The notes under the pieces are model-generated. The model saw only the letters and a program-made list of their open reading frames with translations. It was not told the DNA's origin and did no database searches. The position numbers were made by a program, and so were the translations under genes. This document shows, piece by piece, positions 21,871 through 36,717 of a stretch of 64,000 nucleotides of DNA (its first letter is position 1; every line of letters begins with the position of its first letter). The stretch covers positions 28,646,001 to 28,710,000 of the forward strand of contig NW_024704742.1 in NCBI RefSeq assembly GCF_018977255.1. Direction: 5' to 3'. Source of the stretch: Callorhinchus milii. Lineage: Eukaryota.

Positions 21871-24800
21871 CTTCATTTTACACTTGACAATTTAATCTGC
21901 AGCATCGTTCTGTGATATGGTCCATCTTCAGCACTTGGTATTTTGAACACAGGCTGGGTCGTAATTATGTGAGGAGTGCTGATCCTGTTGAACAGCACAG
22001 AAGGAAATAGAAACCGAGCAGTTTTAGCTTGAGTGAAAGAATTCAATGTCAGTAATGTTAGGAAGCAGGGGCATAGTTCTCTTCCATTACAAGGATTGGG
22101 GAGGAAAAAAGAAGTAGAAGAGAGATAGAAGGTTTAGCATGAAGCTAGGCTGAAAAATATGGTTTGCGATGTGATAATTATCATTGTCATAATTAGGTCA
22201 TCACATGCTACACTTTTGCCCCATTGTGTGAGAGGTAAAACACAATAGAAAATAAACGAGGCATAGCTCGAACAGTCAATGAGGGGAGAAAGAGAGAGAG
22301 AGAGAGGTACAAAGACAGAGACCTTCACAGAGAAGATTAATTTGAAGTAGTGATTGGCAAGAAAAATAAGAGAAACTGAATAGAAATGAAATGTAATGTT
22401 GTTCATAATAAAAGGCTTGGCCTATCAGCAAAATAGAGCAGACACAAAAATAAATCATGGAAATAAACAATCAGTAAAAAAATACTGACACATGGTGCAC
22501 ATATATATCTATGATATTTACGTGCTGCAGGATATCTTTGTAATCTGTTGAAAGCATTTTTTCTGTTAACAAACTGGAACAATCATGTCATGTTCATTAA
22601 TCCCTCGATGTGAACCTCACTGTGCAGCAAACAGGCAAGTGTTGACAGCACTGACAACCTCTATGAAAAATAGACCAAAACCAAAGCAATACCACCCACC
22701 AAATAAACAGCATATTTGATGAATAATTAATTGTGCAATGGAGTGAGATCTAATCAAAGAATTCAGATGGTTATTATGCAGTGCAACTGCCTGAATTAGA
22801 ATATTGTATTGTGTTCACTTCAAGGTATATAACAGTCCAATTTATACTTATATTGTGCCTTTCATGTAGGGAGGATATCCCAAAGCACCCGGAAGATAAT
22901 AATAATAATCCTTGCATTTGTATACTACCTTATCATGTCATTGAGACATCCTAAAGTGCTTGGCAGAATACACTGCAAAGTTGATTGACTGTGTAATTTG
23001 TGGCCGAAACGCAACAGCTAATTGCACACAGCAGTATCCCACAAACAGTCATGGATTCAGTGACCAAACTACCTTTTCCCTTGAAAGAACCTCTTTGATG
23101 TGAAGACGCCTTTTATTACATGATATTTATCATATGGCATGCAATCTTTTATCACTGCAAGAACCAACTTCAAAAATGTCTTGTGTTGCCATAACCCTGG
23201 GTCCTACATGCAAGAAGAAAGAACATTTCTGACAGAGAACAAATCAAGAGCGAAAATTTACTATACCGTACCTTAATCATTTCATTTTCACAACCAGATC
23301 CAAAACATCAAATGGAAATATTAACGCTAGCTGAAAATCATCCCAAAATTGCAGAGAATAAGCCAAACCATTCATTATTCCATATTTGAACTTGTCTTTG
23401 CACTTGTCTTACCATGTGAAGGTAAACAGCCTGAAAAGTGGTCATTTTAGTTTCACACACAATAATAATAATCTTGCATTTAATATAGTATCCGGAGGGG
23501 AAGGAGCTTAATTCAACAATTTAATCTGGTTTCAGATAACATTAATGAATCACTTAAACTTTGTTTGATGCTTTATTATACAATCTAAGCCCCACGTGTC
23601 TTCAAATTCCTTTAATTCATTCTCTAAGTTGTGAAGAACCATTTACGTACCAGTAATATGATGCTGAACAAATGGTACTCAATACCATGTTCTACGTGCA
23701 ACCAGCTTTATCACCTTTCACTTTATCGCATTCTCTGCGACCACCCAACCACACTCAGAATCCCTACTGCTAACAGAAGGAAAGTAGAATTAACCAGTCT
23801 GTAGGACACCATATGTGATACCAAAGATTCTCAAGTGTCAATTCCACCCACAAAACACACAGCATTCAGTATGCTTTACACTATATCCTTTGAAGCTTCC
23901 TCCACACTTGAAAGGTGCTATACAAATGCAAGGATTATTATTGTAGTATTATTAATGGATCTTTGTGCTTTTTACTGATATGGAGTCAATGAGTTTATAT
24001 CAAGTGATATTTATTTTAACTTGCATATTACAATAAATAATTCTCACGAGCCAACAGAGCTTCCAATACTCCAAGCCTGTGTTGATGTCCTCCAACACTT
24101 TCTGCAATCTGTTTGCAGATACTTATTTGCATGTGTTTGGAGCAAAGTTCCGCCATTTTTCAAAACATTGAAAAAAATGCTTTTTGGCACTTCACAGAAT
24201 GATTGATAGGAGTTAACTGTAATGTATTCTAATAAAAATAGAAAACAATGCTTATTTTCAACATTCATTTTCAACCTTGTTAAACTTGTAAACAGAATTA
24301 GGAAATTGTTTATTCTCACAACTAACCTTCGCCAACAGGTTTTGGGTATTTATTCAAACACATGCCCACATTAGATTTACACCACACATAAGTTCCACTC
24401 CTGAACCAACTGCTTTAGAAACAAGTGTAATAGATAGTGTTCAGTGACTGAATACCTATAAGTAGACCTCCAAAGGACAGTGGTATTGTACAACTGAACA
24501 TTAAATAAAATGGACAAGCACATGCAAATATTTGGTATTAGAGGGTACATGGAAAGAGCAGGGAAATGTGATTGGATTGAATGGCTTTTTGGATAAGCAA
24601 ACACTGACAGGAAATAACAAGCCTAATGGCCTCCTATTGTACGGTATATTGATGTGGTCCTATGCCCAATATCGGTTCCTATGGGCCTTTACGTAGGCTC
24701 CTTCGGTCATATTTGAAGAATAGCAAAGAGACAATTAAGCTGAATTCTCCTTATTCATTAAGTTGTGTAATTGCAAAGACTTGATTGCTGGCAGTTCTGA

Positions 24801-27800
24801 ATATGAATGCACAGAACAGGCTGAATTCCATGGCAAACTGAGCATAGTCAAATGTTGCTCTTGCCAACCTTCTTGTTCTTACAAAAAGATAAACCAGCTG
24901 TTTATCTGAGGGTCAATTCTAACCTTAATCCTTGAATGTTCTTTCTGACATTACATTTCTGGAACTTGTCAAAACAAACTGTAGCCTCAAATTGTCTATG
25001 TAAAGTGAAAGTGATATCATCATCACACCAATACCATTCATCTCAATTCAAAGCTGAATAATCAGAACATGAGAGGATGACCGCTTGTGGACACAAACTC
25101 ATCGTTTGAAATGGAGAATGATTAATTTAAAGCTAAGATTTCAAATAAAAGGATAGTGGCTCCTGTGAACAATTCGCTCATATTTATAATGGAAAATACA
25201 AAATTAAATATATTCAGCATGCCTTTCACACTGTTCCAACCTCAAAAAGCAGTGCTGCACCTTTTTCACCAAAGCATGCAAATGATTTATAGCACAGATT
25301 TTGTTTTGACTGAATAACTGAAATATTCAGGTACTCATCAATGTGAAGCAATGCCAATGTCTCATGCTTTGTTTTTACATTAGATGTTTGTTTTTGCATT
25401 AGATGATGCAAATGAATAGAAAAATGGTCATATATCTTTAAAAGTGTCCAGCACAAAATCTATCAAGTACTGTTGCACAATGCCTCTTCCAGATGCAACT
25501 CATTACCCCCAATGACCAAAAACAGGTTGGTCCAATAAAAGTCAGTACTTCTGGGGGAACAGGTTGCAACCAAGAGTTAATTAAAATACAAACAACAGCT
25601 TGAATGCTTCAAAAGAAACCGTTTTACTGGAAAGTTGTGGTTTTCAAGGCGAAAGGATTTGAAGACAACTTTTTCTTCCTTCATGCTCCGAAATGTGTTC
25701 TGCTTACAGGTATCGCTGGCAGTAAAATGACCTTAGCTCTTTACTTAAAGTCTATCAAATGACCTAGAAACTATCAATGTATTGTCAAACAGATATCTTA
25801 TTATGTTAAACTTTCCAGGATTAATATGGTGTCTGAGAATAGACAACACTGGCGTACATCGAGAATTATAATGTTTTTTCCTAGCAATAACTCAAGAAAC
25901 AAACACTTATCCTCAAAAAAAGTTATAGTTTCTAATGGCACTTTTACTATATCCCTAACCATAATGAAAAGGCTGCAATTGCCACTGGCATTGATTTCCT
26001 AACCCAAGGAGCCTACTATCACTACAGTGAAAAGTTTGAAGTATATTATTAATAATAATAATAATCCTTGCATTTGATATAGCACCTCATCATGTCATTG
26101 AGACATCTGAAAGTATACTGTCAAGTGGATTTTATAAATGTATATTTTGTGGGTGAAACTCAGCAGCCAATTGCAGACAGCAATGCCCCATAAACAGTCA
26201 TGGATTATGACCCCCCCCAAAGCAATCTGCCAAACGACTAACAACCGGGTCCCTAAGTTAATCAATTGGACACTTTTTTAAAAAAAATAAGGAACCTTTG
26301 TAGAAGTGCTAAAGGTCGTGTGATGATTTTCGCATTGTTGGGAAAAATACAAAAATTATTTTGGGAAACCTAACGGAATTCTATTTCAGTGAGCGGTTGG
26401 TCTGGAAGCATTACTGATGTTCTAGTATTAATGACCATTATTATTATTAATTGACAAAAGAGAGAGTAACCCTATTTAAGATTTGGCAGCTGAGCTGAGG
26501 GGAGGCAGTCAGGTTCCTTTAAATGCTGGTCTGATGCTAACCAGCTGCATACATATACAGACGTGCATACACCTCAGAGCAAGCAGCCTTGCCAATCCAC
26601 ATGGGATCTGGCAGAATGATTACAACAAGAATAACAATAAACAAGTGCACCATTCATCATTCTCCAGTGTAACATGCTGTTTAAATTAATTACCAAAAGT
26701 ATGCAAGGTCAAAATCCATCCAGCAAAATCGCTAACCCTGTTTATCCGAGCCGGCAGGGCAGCCTGTTTCATCTAACGGGATGTGCCAGAGAGTTAAGTC
26801 AGCCTTTATGAAGACTACTTTTTCATCTTTCTCTGCCTCGCATACAAACGCAATCTATTCTCCCTCCTGCTTTATTACAGCGCAGTGTTTTCCACTAAAA
26901 AGATATATTCTGCGATGGATCCGATTTTCAAAATGATTTTATATTGCATGATTTTTTCACAAAACTGAACATGCACTTAAGACAAAAGGCTCAATGCCAA
27001 AGTTTGTTGTGCCTTTGTTTATAGCAGGACTTGACACAAACACCTGTTTGAACAGCGATTTCTAAAATGCATTAAACTCGGGAGAAGTATGCATATTGCA
27101 CACGTCATAGCCTAATGTTCGTGTGTATTAAATAAGATCATTTGTCAGCCATTATATGTTGCATATTATCAACAACAACAAATTACATTTGTATAGCGCG
27201 TTTCACGTCAAGAGGACGTCTCAAAGCATTGGACAGTCAAGAATATTGGGATCAGGAGTGGAGAGTAGGGAAGGTGGAGGTAAGAAGGTGATCGAAGGAG
27301 CGGTTGAAGAGGAAGTTCTTGAGACACTACGTGATGGGTGCTGTATAAATGCAAGTTGTTGTTTCTGCTATAGGTATTCTGTGGAGCAACCAATAGAAAG
27401 AAAAGGATGATGAATTTCCCTACTGAGTTGTCAATCCAAGGTCCTCACACCTCTAAACCTGTAAAGCCTAATTGTTTTAAAAAGGCTATAAAGGAGCTTG
27501 ATATTCACAACTTTCTGGCTCTCTTGAGTCCCATGCTGGCCTTAATTTTGATTATGTGGGTTTTAGAAAGATGCTGCGTTTGAAGGAATTATTAAATTAC
27601 TAATACTGGAGTACAGATTACCGGAATCAATAATGTGATAATCTGGTACATAAGAAGTGCAAGATGTCAGGCCAAGAGCTCTTGAAAGAGATTCACTGCT
27701 CAAAGGAAGTCCTGTGGTTGACCCTGGTGGCTATTCAAATAACTAACCTTGGATCCGGTTCAATGGAATTTTCTCCTCAGACTGCCGAGCGGGGTAGAAG

Positions 27801-28365
27801 TTGTAAAACTGAACCATTCAAAGGGAATTGGTTTTCAAACAGGCTGGAGAAATCCATTCAGTGTCTACTCTTACTTATCTCAGAGCAACAGAGTGTACTG
27901 TGCAGTTTTGAGATGAGTCTCTGATAACGACAGTCCTGATACACACATAACTAGTTTGCCAGGGATGTTGCCATCTGACTGTGAATACTATGTTTGCTTA
28001 TTCAAAAAAGAGCCATTTATTATAGCTGTACTTCACCAATCCGACTGCAAATTACAACTTCTCCTTCTTACCAAGGGTTTTACAATGGAATGGATGAGTG
28101 ACGTGTGTGAAAAGGGCAATATTCCATGTGCTGTGCAATATGAATCAGAATAATTGGGGAACACTTAATGCTTGAATCAGGAATTCTGTCCAATGGGATT
28201 GAATACAATACAGATTTACATTTATATAGCTCATTAGGAGGATGCTTCAAACCGCTTCCCAAAAATAGGGTCAAAGAGGTATGTTTTGAGATGTGCCTTG
28301 GAAAAGGGGAGGGAGGAAGGGAGTCAGAGGGTCACCGGGACAAAATTCCTGAGAGCTGGGTAGAA

Positions 28366-28833
28366 ACTCCGTGACCTCATCTCCTCCATTCTCACCCGAC
28401 TCAATTGGCTCCCTATCCTTTAGAGAATCCAGTTCAAGATCCTGGTCCTCACCTGCAAAGCCCTCCATGGCCTCGCCCCCACCCTACCTCTGCGACTTCC
28501 TAAATTCCTACCAATCCGCCCGATCCCTCCACTCAGCCGGCTCTGGCCTGCTCCACGTCCCCCGCCCCACCCACCCCACCATTGGCGGGAGAGCCTTCAG
28601 CCACTTTGCCCCCAATCTCTGGAATTCCATCCGCCAATCACTCCGCCTCACACCCTCCTTTGCCTCCTTCAAGTCCTGCCTCAAGACTCTCCTCTTCGAC
28701 CATGCCATCGGTCACCCCCCTTCCCCCACCCCTGACCCCAGCTCAGGTCTGAAATGCTGTACACTGTCCAGTGCCTTGGGATGTCCTCCTGACGTGAAAG
28801 GCGCTATACAAATGTAATGTTGTTGTTGTTGTT
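28366..28833 (+). mobile_element. L2 LINE 3' fragment, inserted antisense into an older L2 (28214-29050, minus strand)
   Basis: PPYLCDFL...PTIGGRAFSHFAPNLWNSI...FKSCLKTLLF, (TTG)n tail, and flanking GTAGAA direct repeats. Confidence 0.9.
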
Positions 28834-29277
28834 GTAGAATGGCTGAATACCTGCATACTGATGGTGGGCCAGATAGAGCAGGGGACATGAAGCAGCCTGG
28901 TGCTTTCTGAGTGAATGGAGCAGTTGCATTGGTAGAGTTCAAGGAGATCGCACAGGTAGATTGGGGCAAGACAATGTTGGGATTTAAAGGTGAGAATGAG
29001 AATCTTGTACTTCATCCGCTGGGAGATAGGGAGCCAGTGGGAGTCGATTGAGGAAGGGGTGCCTCTCACTCCTATCATTGAACGGGAAACAAGCTGAAAC
29101 AAATGCAGTTTTGTGCCAGCCTCATCTGCGGCTCCATCTCAAGATGTTTTTTCATTTGATAAGATTGAGAGAAGTTTTTCATGGCTTCTCACATGGTTTT
29201 CTAAATTCATTTAAAGCTCTTTTCAGTCCTCAGTGAATCAAAATGTTTCTCCAGGATTTTAGCTTTTTTAGCAATCA

Positions 29278-29695
29278 GACTAGTTCAGTTGGTAGGACTC
29301 TGGCCTTTGAGTCAAAAGGTTCTGGGTTAAAGCCTCATTTCAGGAGTTTGAACTCATATAATTCAGGCTGACACCCAATACAGAGCTAGATGTGCGCTGT
29401 GTTGTTGGAGGTGCTGTTCTTTAGATGAGACTTTAATCTGACGTTCCATCTACCTGTTCATCTGGAGGATAAAGATCTCAGGGTACGATTGGAAAAGAGA
29501 AAACAGTTCTGTCTCGTGTACTGACCAATAATCCCCTAGATAAAATTGACCATTCACTTAATTGGTCCTTTGTGGGACATTATCGTGCATATAGTGGCTA
29601 TGAAGTTGTGGTACAAAATAGTCACAACCCTTTTTAGTAGATCCCTTTGCATTCTCAAGATGTGAAAAGTGCTGTCTCGAATGCAAGAATTATTT
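29278..29695 (+). mobile_element. Deu-domain SINE (SacSINE1/AmnSINE1-related), near full length
   Basis: tRNA-like head (gttcagttggtaggactc...gagtcaaaaggttctgggtt), then aggctgacacccaatacag...ggaggtgctgttctttagatgagac...aaagatctcaggg...ctgaccaata, and an L2-type tail. Confidence 0.72.
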
Positions 29696-30930
29696 TACTC
29701 TGAACTCAAGGACAGCATCTGGTGATTTGTTTAAACCAAGTTTCATTGATTTTCACTCATTCTCACTGTCCTTATGATTGCTGAAAATATCTGCTGCCTC
29801 TGACATACAGAAACTTCACTGTAGAAATCACTATCACAAGTTTGATATGTTTGGCAGAGGAGGTGAACTAATGAGAGCGGTTGTTAAGTGCTTTTTTTTG
29901 TTGTGGACATATTTTTGCAGACTTTTTCTAATGGTATCCCCATGAACTATATTCCCAAACAATGAAAATTCCACAAAATAATAAAAAAAAGTTAACCACG
30001 AGTGTGAAAATCAGTTGAATGGTGGGATAAAGCAGCCTAGTCCATTTCAATGGTACCTAATGAAGTGGAGAAATTTTAAAGTAAACTACATTCTGTCAGT
30101 ACAGAAACTCCACCAGGGAACAGACTGAGAGTACAGTGTCCTCTAAACCTGACTTCCAACAACATGCCTTCCCTTGCTTGAAATGATCAAATTAACATTG
30201 TGAAATAATTCTAAACACTCAAAAGTCAACAAGTAGATTCTGTCATCGATTCCCACTTCGGGAAAAAAAACAACCCAATGCTTGATGTCAGGTTTTACAA
30301 ACAGATTTTAAGTTAGGCCAAGAGAAAGGGCTATTGTTCCACCGTTTTGTTTAACTCAAGCGAGAGACAGGAGTTAGACATTGACTCCCAAACGATTTCT
30401 TTCCATCATTTCATTCTTTGAGTAAGTAATGAGATCTTTGCTTGACTGGTTGAGGATTAAACAGATTCCCAGGTGCGAAATTTGAACAACCCACCTCCAG
30501 ATCACCCCCTTCGCTTTGGACAAGAAAGCTTTAATCTGGTTTGACAGCCTGCATTTGGCATATTTGGGATAGAATTTACGAGGTTGTATCCAATTACTCA
30601 GGATCTCACGAGCCGACCGTCAAGAGTAAAAAAAATCTATTAATTGCCTTTGATTTATATTGACTGTGGCGTGGTTACAAAGTAAATGTTTTACAAGGCA
30701 CGCATTGGCTGAATGAAAACTGTGATTTAAGCAAAAGGGTTCTTGACTCCACTATCGCCGGACTTTCAGAGGAGCGTGAGCAACTTAAATTGCCATTTGA
30801 ATCACAGTGCTACCAAACACATTTGGTCCAGTTCTCTTCCTCATTTCTAAGGGCACAATCAGTGTTTCACAGATTTGTGAGCTTCCATAGAGATGGGACA
30901 AAAGCAGAGCTCCAGAAGTCTCCACTGTAA

Positions 30931-31243
30931 AATAATAATCCTTGCATTTGATATAGCGCTTTTCACGTCTTCTAGATGTCTCAAAGCGCTTCACAGAATA
31001 TACTGTAAAGTGAATTGACTGTATATTTGTGGGCGAACGCGGCAGCCAATTGCGCACAGCAATGTCCCACAAACAGTCATATGGATTGAAAATGACCAAT
31101 TTATTATTGTTTTGTTTTTTTGGAGGGATTATTATTAGGCGTGTGGAGTAAGGAAACTTGCCCAAGGTTTTGCCCTGCCAGGAATCGAACTCAGGTCTCT
31201 CACTTGCAAGGCGAGTGCTCTAACCATTGAGCTACAGGACTCC
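30931..31243 (-). mobile_element. Full-length SINE, short subfamily
   Basis: Reverse complement of the 8134 element, head to tail. Confidence 0.92.
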
Positions 31244-31775
31244 ATGAGCTACTAAACTCTTACTCAATGTGGGGAAAAGCCCACAGATTGCTTGATTCCA
31301 TTCACAGCTACCGTCTTCCCCTCAATAGCTCTCTGCAAAGTTGTGGAAACTAACTTTGCATAAAAAATGGGAGTCTGTATTTACCATGCATGTCAACAAA
31401 GACACAGAACCATTTGCAAACGTTACATGGGTTGCTCTTTTCTGAGTTATAATTCAACTTAAATAAATGACACAAACCAATCAAATGTTTTGGATACAGT
31501 CAAGTTATCACGTTTTGTTGGGCATCTTGGATGTCTATGGTTTTTTCATTTGTTAATCAGTGAGTGACAAGGAAGGCAGAGAAACAGAGTGAGGGAACTC
31601 AATTCATGGTGCCAGTAACCTGACATTGTACAAGTACTGCTGGAATTAATACAATGGACACTGAGAATCTAACCACATACAACACGCTTAACTTTTTAGC
31701 AATCTGTATAACTAGTGTGAAAGTTGCGCTCGGACTAAATACAATACAGTACAAATTACATTTGTAATGTAAACT

Positions 31776-32096
31776 AATCCTTGCATTTGATATAGCACTT
31801 TATCATGTCTTCGAGACATCTCAAGGCACTTCACAGAACATACCGTAAAGTGAATTGACTATATATTTTGTGGGAGAAACGCAACAGCCAATTGTACACA
31901 GCAGTGTCCCACAAACAGTCATGGATTGAAGTGACCAATTCATTATTATTATTTTATTGAAGGAATTATTACCCCGGAAAAGCAATCCGTCAATCGACTA
32001 ACAACTGGGTTCCTACTTACTGCTAGGTAAACATAGGCGTATGGAGTAAGGAAACTTACCCAACATTTCGCCCGCCGAGAATCAAACCCAGGTCTA
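31776..32096 (-). mobile_element. SINE, long subfamily, head truncated; abuts an L2 3' fragment (32105-32290)
   Basis: Tail, body, central segment and B box are visible. Confidence 0.88.
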
Positions 32097-34204
32097 GGGA
32101 ACCCAGTATTTGTATAGCACCTTTCACCTTGGGAGGATGTCCCAAGGTGATGGACAGTCAGGAATTTGGATCTGAGCTGAAGGTCAGGATCGGGGAGGGT
32201 GGAGGGTAGGAGGGTGGCTGAAAGCTCAGTCAAAGAGGAGGGTTTTGAGAATGCGCCTTGAAGGAGGCAAGGGAGGGAGCGAGGGAAGGGAATGCATTTT
32301 TTTAACCAACAGGCTACTTTGCAACTTTGGACACTGGCTTTTAAAACCCTACAGATTAAGCAGAGGACGGGTTTTGTTGTAGCATTGATGCGTTTCCGAC
32401 ACATAACATTATGCTTCATGAAATCGTGGCACAAAATCCACAGCAAGTTACTCTCGGCAATGAACATGCAGTGTTATCATTCACAAACACGGAAAATTAA
32501 GGACTCGAGGAGATCCCTTGCTCCTTCCCTTATTCAGTGTGATGTGCTTTTGTTTGGATTCATTGAATTGTTGCAAGAAAGACGTGAGATGCCTTGTCAA
32601 CTAATCTGCTTTCTCAGATTTATAATCGTTTGTATGAGTCTCAATGGTCACAGTTTTAAACGTAGCCCAGGATCCGGTGTGATGAGGAATCCTAGGAAAC
32701 AATCTGTTTCTCAGCATGCAATCTTTCACGGTGTGTCGCATACTGAGAACAATGAGGGCCGTGGACACAGAGAACTCATTAACCCGTACCATGTAAACAT
32801 TTTGCTCATAGAATCATAGAATTATGCAGCACAGAAGGAGGCCATTCGCCCCATTGTGTCTGCCGGCTCTTTGAAAAGATCATATTGCAGGTCGGATTAC
32901 AGATTGTAAGGGTAAAAAGTTAGCTGCATATATTAGTGCTGAACAATAAAATATCCTGATCTGTGAATGGCCGGGTGGAGTCGGTGATGATGTGTGTACT
33001 CTGTGCTCCTGTTGCTCTAGTCTGGAGAGAAACCGCAAAGAAAATGAGCAAAGCTCTCAAGTCGCTGGAGGCAGATTCTGTGATGACTTTCAGTTCCATC
33101 TTGCATTGGTGTCAGTGTTAAGTTTACCACTGAAGGCATTATAATGTGGGTGGGGGGGGTGGGGGGGATGCTAAAGCTGCCCCTAAAGCTCTCCCCTCTC
33201 CCCCACTCCTGAATACTAAACCAAAATAGTTTATTTGTCACTGGCTTGAATGGTCTTTTCTCCAGCCACTGTGGCAGAACAGTTCACATCTCTGTTTGGT
33301 CGCAGGCAGTCTGAAAACAGAGTGAAGGAACTGGTACGGAATCTGACTGCTGCATCAACCCACTTCTCATGAGAAATACAGAAGCCAGGACAAGAGCGCA
33401 CCACGGCAGAGCAGAAACACAGGCTAAAAGCCCTTCAAACACTGAACTGGGCATCTCCACACAGCTCATTAACCACTGGAAACCACTGGAGTGAGGGATG
33501 GAGGGAGGGAGCGAGGGAGAGAGAAAGGGAGGGGGTGACAGCTCATCCTCATTAGTAACAAGAAGAATGTCGCCTCCTAATGTGTTGACATCCAATTAAC
33601 GGGGCTTTCTTTCTGCGCACTCTTTTATTTGTTTACCTTTGTTTTTATTTGAGCAAAAGACACACTTGCATGCGAATATGTCTGTCTGGGTCATTGCGTA
33701 TCAATATGTCTGGGTCACAGCAAGGCGCATTTTGAGAAACAAAATATGAATTTCCAATTACTGTATTGTCTGCAGAACTTTATTTATATGGTAATCATTT
33801 AGCAAACTGATTTCTAATCTTTACGTTTCACTGGGCCAATACATACAATATATAGCTTATATATGTTAGTCAAAACCTCTCTAACTTAAGAGCATCATGT
33901 TATTTTCATTCTTCATTTCCCAAAGGAATACTTTTACCAGAATGTCCTTGCATTATTGAAGGTCAAAAATTCAGCTGCCTGATTAAAGTGGCCTTTAGTA
34001 AATTTACGCTCATTAAATATGATTGCCTTCAACATTGTGTTTTTTTCAAGGGATATTCTTTCTCACTATTTACTTCTTAACCCAGATTTGCCTTTGTTTT
34101 CTTCTCTGTGTTTCACTTTATACGGGTTTGTGTGAGTATGTGCTATGAATCCACAAGTCTGTGGAGATCTGAGTGTGGGAGATGTGTTTTGTGGTCGTGT
34201 GTAC

Positions 34205-34390
34205 GTGAGTGAATGTATGTGTTTATGTCTGTGTAAATGTGAGTGACTGTGTGTGTGTATGTCTGTGTAAATGTGAGTGACTGTGTGTGTTTATGTCTGT
34301 GTAAATGTGAGTGTGACTGTGTGTGTTTATGTTTGTGTAAATGTGAGTGACTGTGTGTGTTTATGCATGTATGTGAGTGAGTATTTGTGA
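34205..34390. repeat. ~34-bp TG-rich minisatellite, about 5 copies
   Basis: The unit gtgagtgactgtgtgtgtttatgtctgtgtaaat is repeated. Confidence 0.85.
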
Positions 34391-36717
34391 GTGACTTATA
34401 ATAATAATAATCCTTACATTTGATATAGCGCTTTTCATGATTTCTCGACGTCTCAAAGCGCTTCACAGAATAGCCTGTAAAGTGAATTGACCGTGTATTT
34501 GTGAACGAATATAATTTATATTTGTGGACTGTTTGTATGTAAGTGTGCGGTTTAGCGATTTAGGATGCTCAAGAGTTGGCAAACTTGACCAAGCTTCTTG
34601 TGTTCAGCTGGACCGTAGATAATTCAAAACACACGTCAGGTGGGATAGAAATCTCCATCAGCCTGGACCTCTCTCTCTCTCTCTCTCTATCCCTTTCTCA
34701 CTCCCTTTCTCCCTCTCTTTCTTTCTTTCAGGCGAAAAAAGGGATGCCATTTGAACAGATTAAGGACGAAGACACTACCAACCCGACCTGATCAACTTCT
34801 GCCGAAAGAGGGAAGAGTGGGTGATATAAATACAAATACAAACCTGTCAAGAAACGTGTTGCTGTTTCGCGATCCGGTGGGAGAGCGAGTAAAGACCTTT
34901 AGCCTTCGCCAAGTGTGCTACAAGCCATGAGTTAGCATTCACGTATGTTGTTTTTTTGGAGAATTCAGGAGTGCCTCTTACCCTGTTCAAAGCGTACAGC
35001 CCGAACTAACTAGATTCCCAGTGTCAAGCATGGCTCCCTGGCTGGTTTGCTGGGATCTGATCAGCCATTCGCAGGTACATTTTCTCCCTCTCCTGGCGCA
35101 TTTACCATCCACTGGAGTGTCACCTTATCTTCTGTTGAACAGCGTGTTTACTACACCAAGCTCGAATGCATAATAAACATTCAATTTGAAAGAGCTATTT
35201 GGCTTTTTTTTAAAAAACACACACATGCACACACACAAAAACGCATCATTGGCGGTGCATTTTGAGTAATGCATATAATTACACGCTCGACTCGTCGTTG
35301 TGTTGCCGCTTGCAACAAGTTTGGGGTTTTGGCAGCATTCTTGCATCTCACACAACTGCACGGCGCAATAATGACATCTTGCAACGCTTTGCAAAGTCAC
35401 CTCGCTTGGCACAAACAGAAAATAATCACACGCTGCAGTGCTCGGGTACATGTCGGTAGCTTGCACCACACGGAGAAAATGCACCCCCCCCCATCCCGAA
35501 ATAAAGCATCCCACATGAAACACATATTGTGTCTCATAAGGTGCGAACATAAACTAGGAAGTGATGAACATTGTGCTTCAATTAAAAAAAAACGATCAGT
35601 GTAACGTAAAACAGGTAAATTATACCAATACACCATGTCAATGCCTACATCTTTCATAATACATGTAATAACCTGGGGGACTATCAAGAACCGCTTCATA
35701 TTTTTCTTGAGTGGTTTTGCATCCAGATACAAGGTCCATGTGCACCTAATTTCAATTCTGGTAGGAATACTTAGTTACCTACAGTTAGTTGGACACCAGC
35801 TTGCAGAGAATGTGAAAGGTATTGCCTATTTCTCTGAATTATAAGACAGATTGTAGTTGACTGCCTGAACTGTTAGCAGTCTCACTCTCTTGAATTCACT
35901 GCAGGCTATTTTGACATTATTTCTATAGTAATGCCTTTGCAATCCTTCCTATGTAGTTCACAATGTACAGTACAGTGATTAGGCCATGAGAACCTACATG
36001 AACTAGGTTTTTATTTGTCAGTCGGGTGTCTAACACGAATTCAAAGCCATCAGAATTGCTTAAGAGCACTCAAACTGAAGCACCGAGAGTTCACAAATGT
36101 ATGGTTTCCATTTGTCTGCTATGGAGTTTGCAGCTTTTTCTTGGAAAGATGCATCTTGATCATCTAATCTCAAAGGTTTAGGATTTGGGATCCAAAGTGT
36201 AATTTAGGATGCTGGCGTTTAGCAGATAAAACCTCTGTGGGTCAGGTCACTCTAGCCCAATTAAAGCTTTAGCTTTGCAAGATTAAGTAAAGCTGAGTGA
36301 CTTGTCTGCTCCTTCCAACTCCTGCTAATAAGCCAGACTGACTAGCCTGACATCAAGAGTCCCTTGGAGTACTACGAACCTGCCTGGCTCAGGAACAGGT
36401 CTGCCAAGACCACCAGAGAGGATTGGGTTGATTCTGACATTCAATTGCTAGGCATGTCACATTGGAGTCAACCCAATCCCAAATATACCTTGTATCCTTC
36501 CTCCCACCCTCGCCCAAACCAGAAATGTTACTGATCCAACCATAACATTTCTTTGACAACAACCAGAACATTTCTTTGACCACATTTCGTAGTTGTGAAT
36601 GTATCAGACTCCTCGTATATTTACAAGTTCAGGTGGACGAGATGGTGTCTGGTTTGATTCACAGATACAGTGTTGGGCATGGCTTGGGGGTCTATACATA
36701 AATATATATGTGCATGT

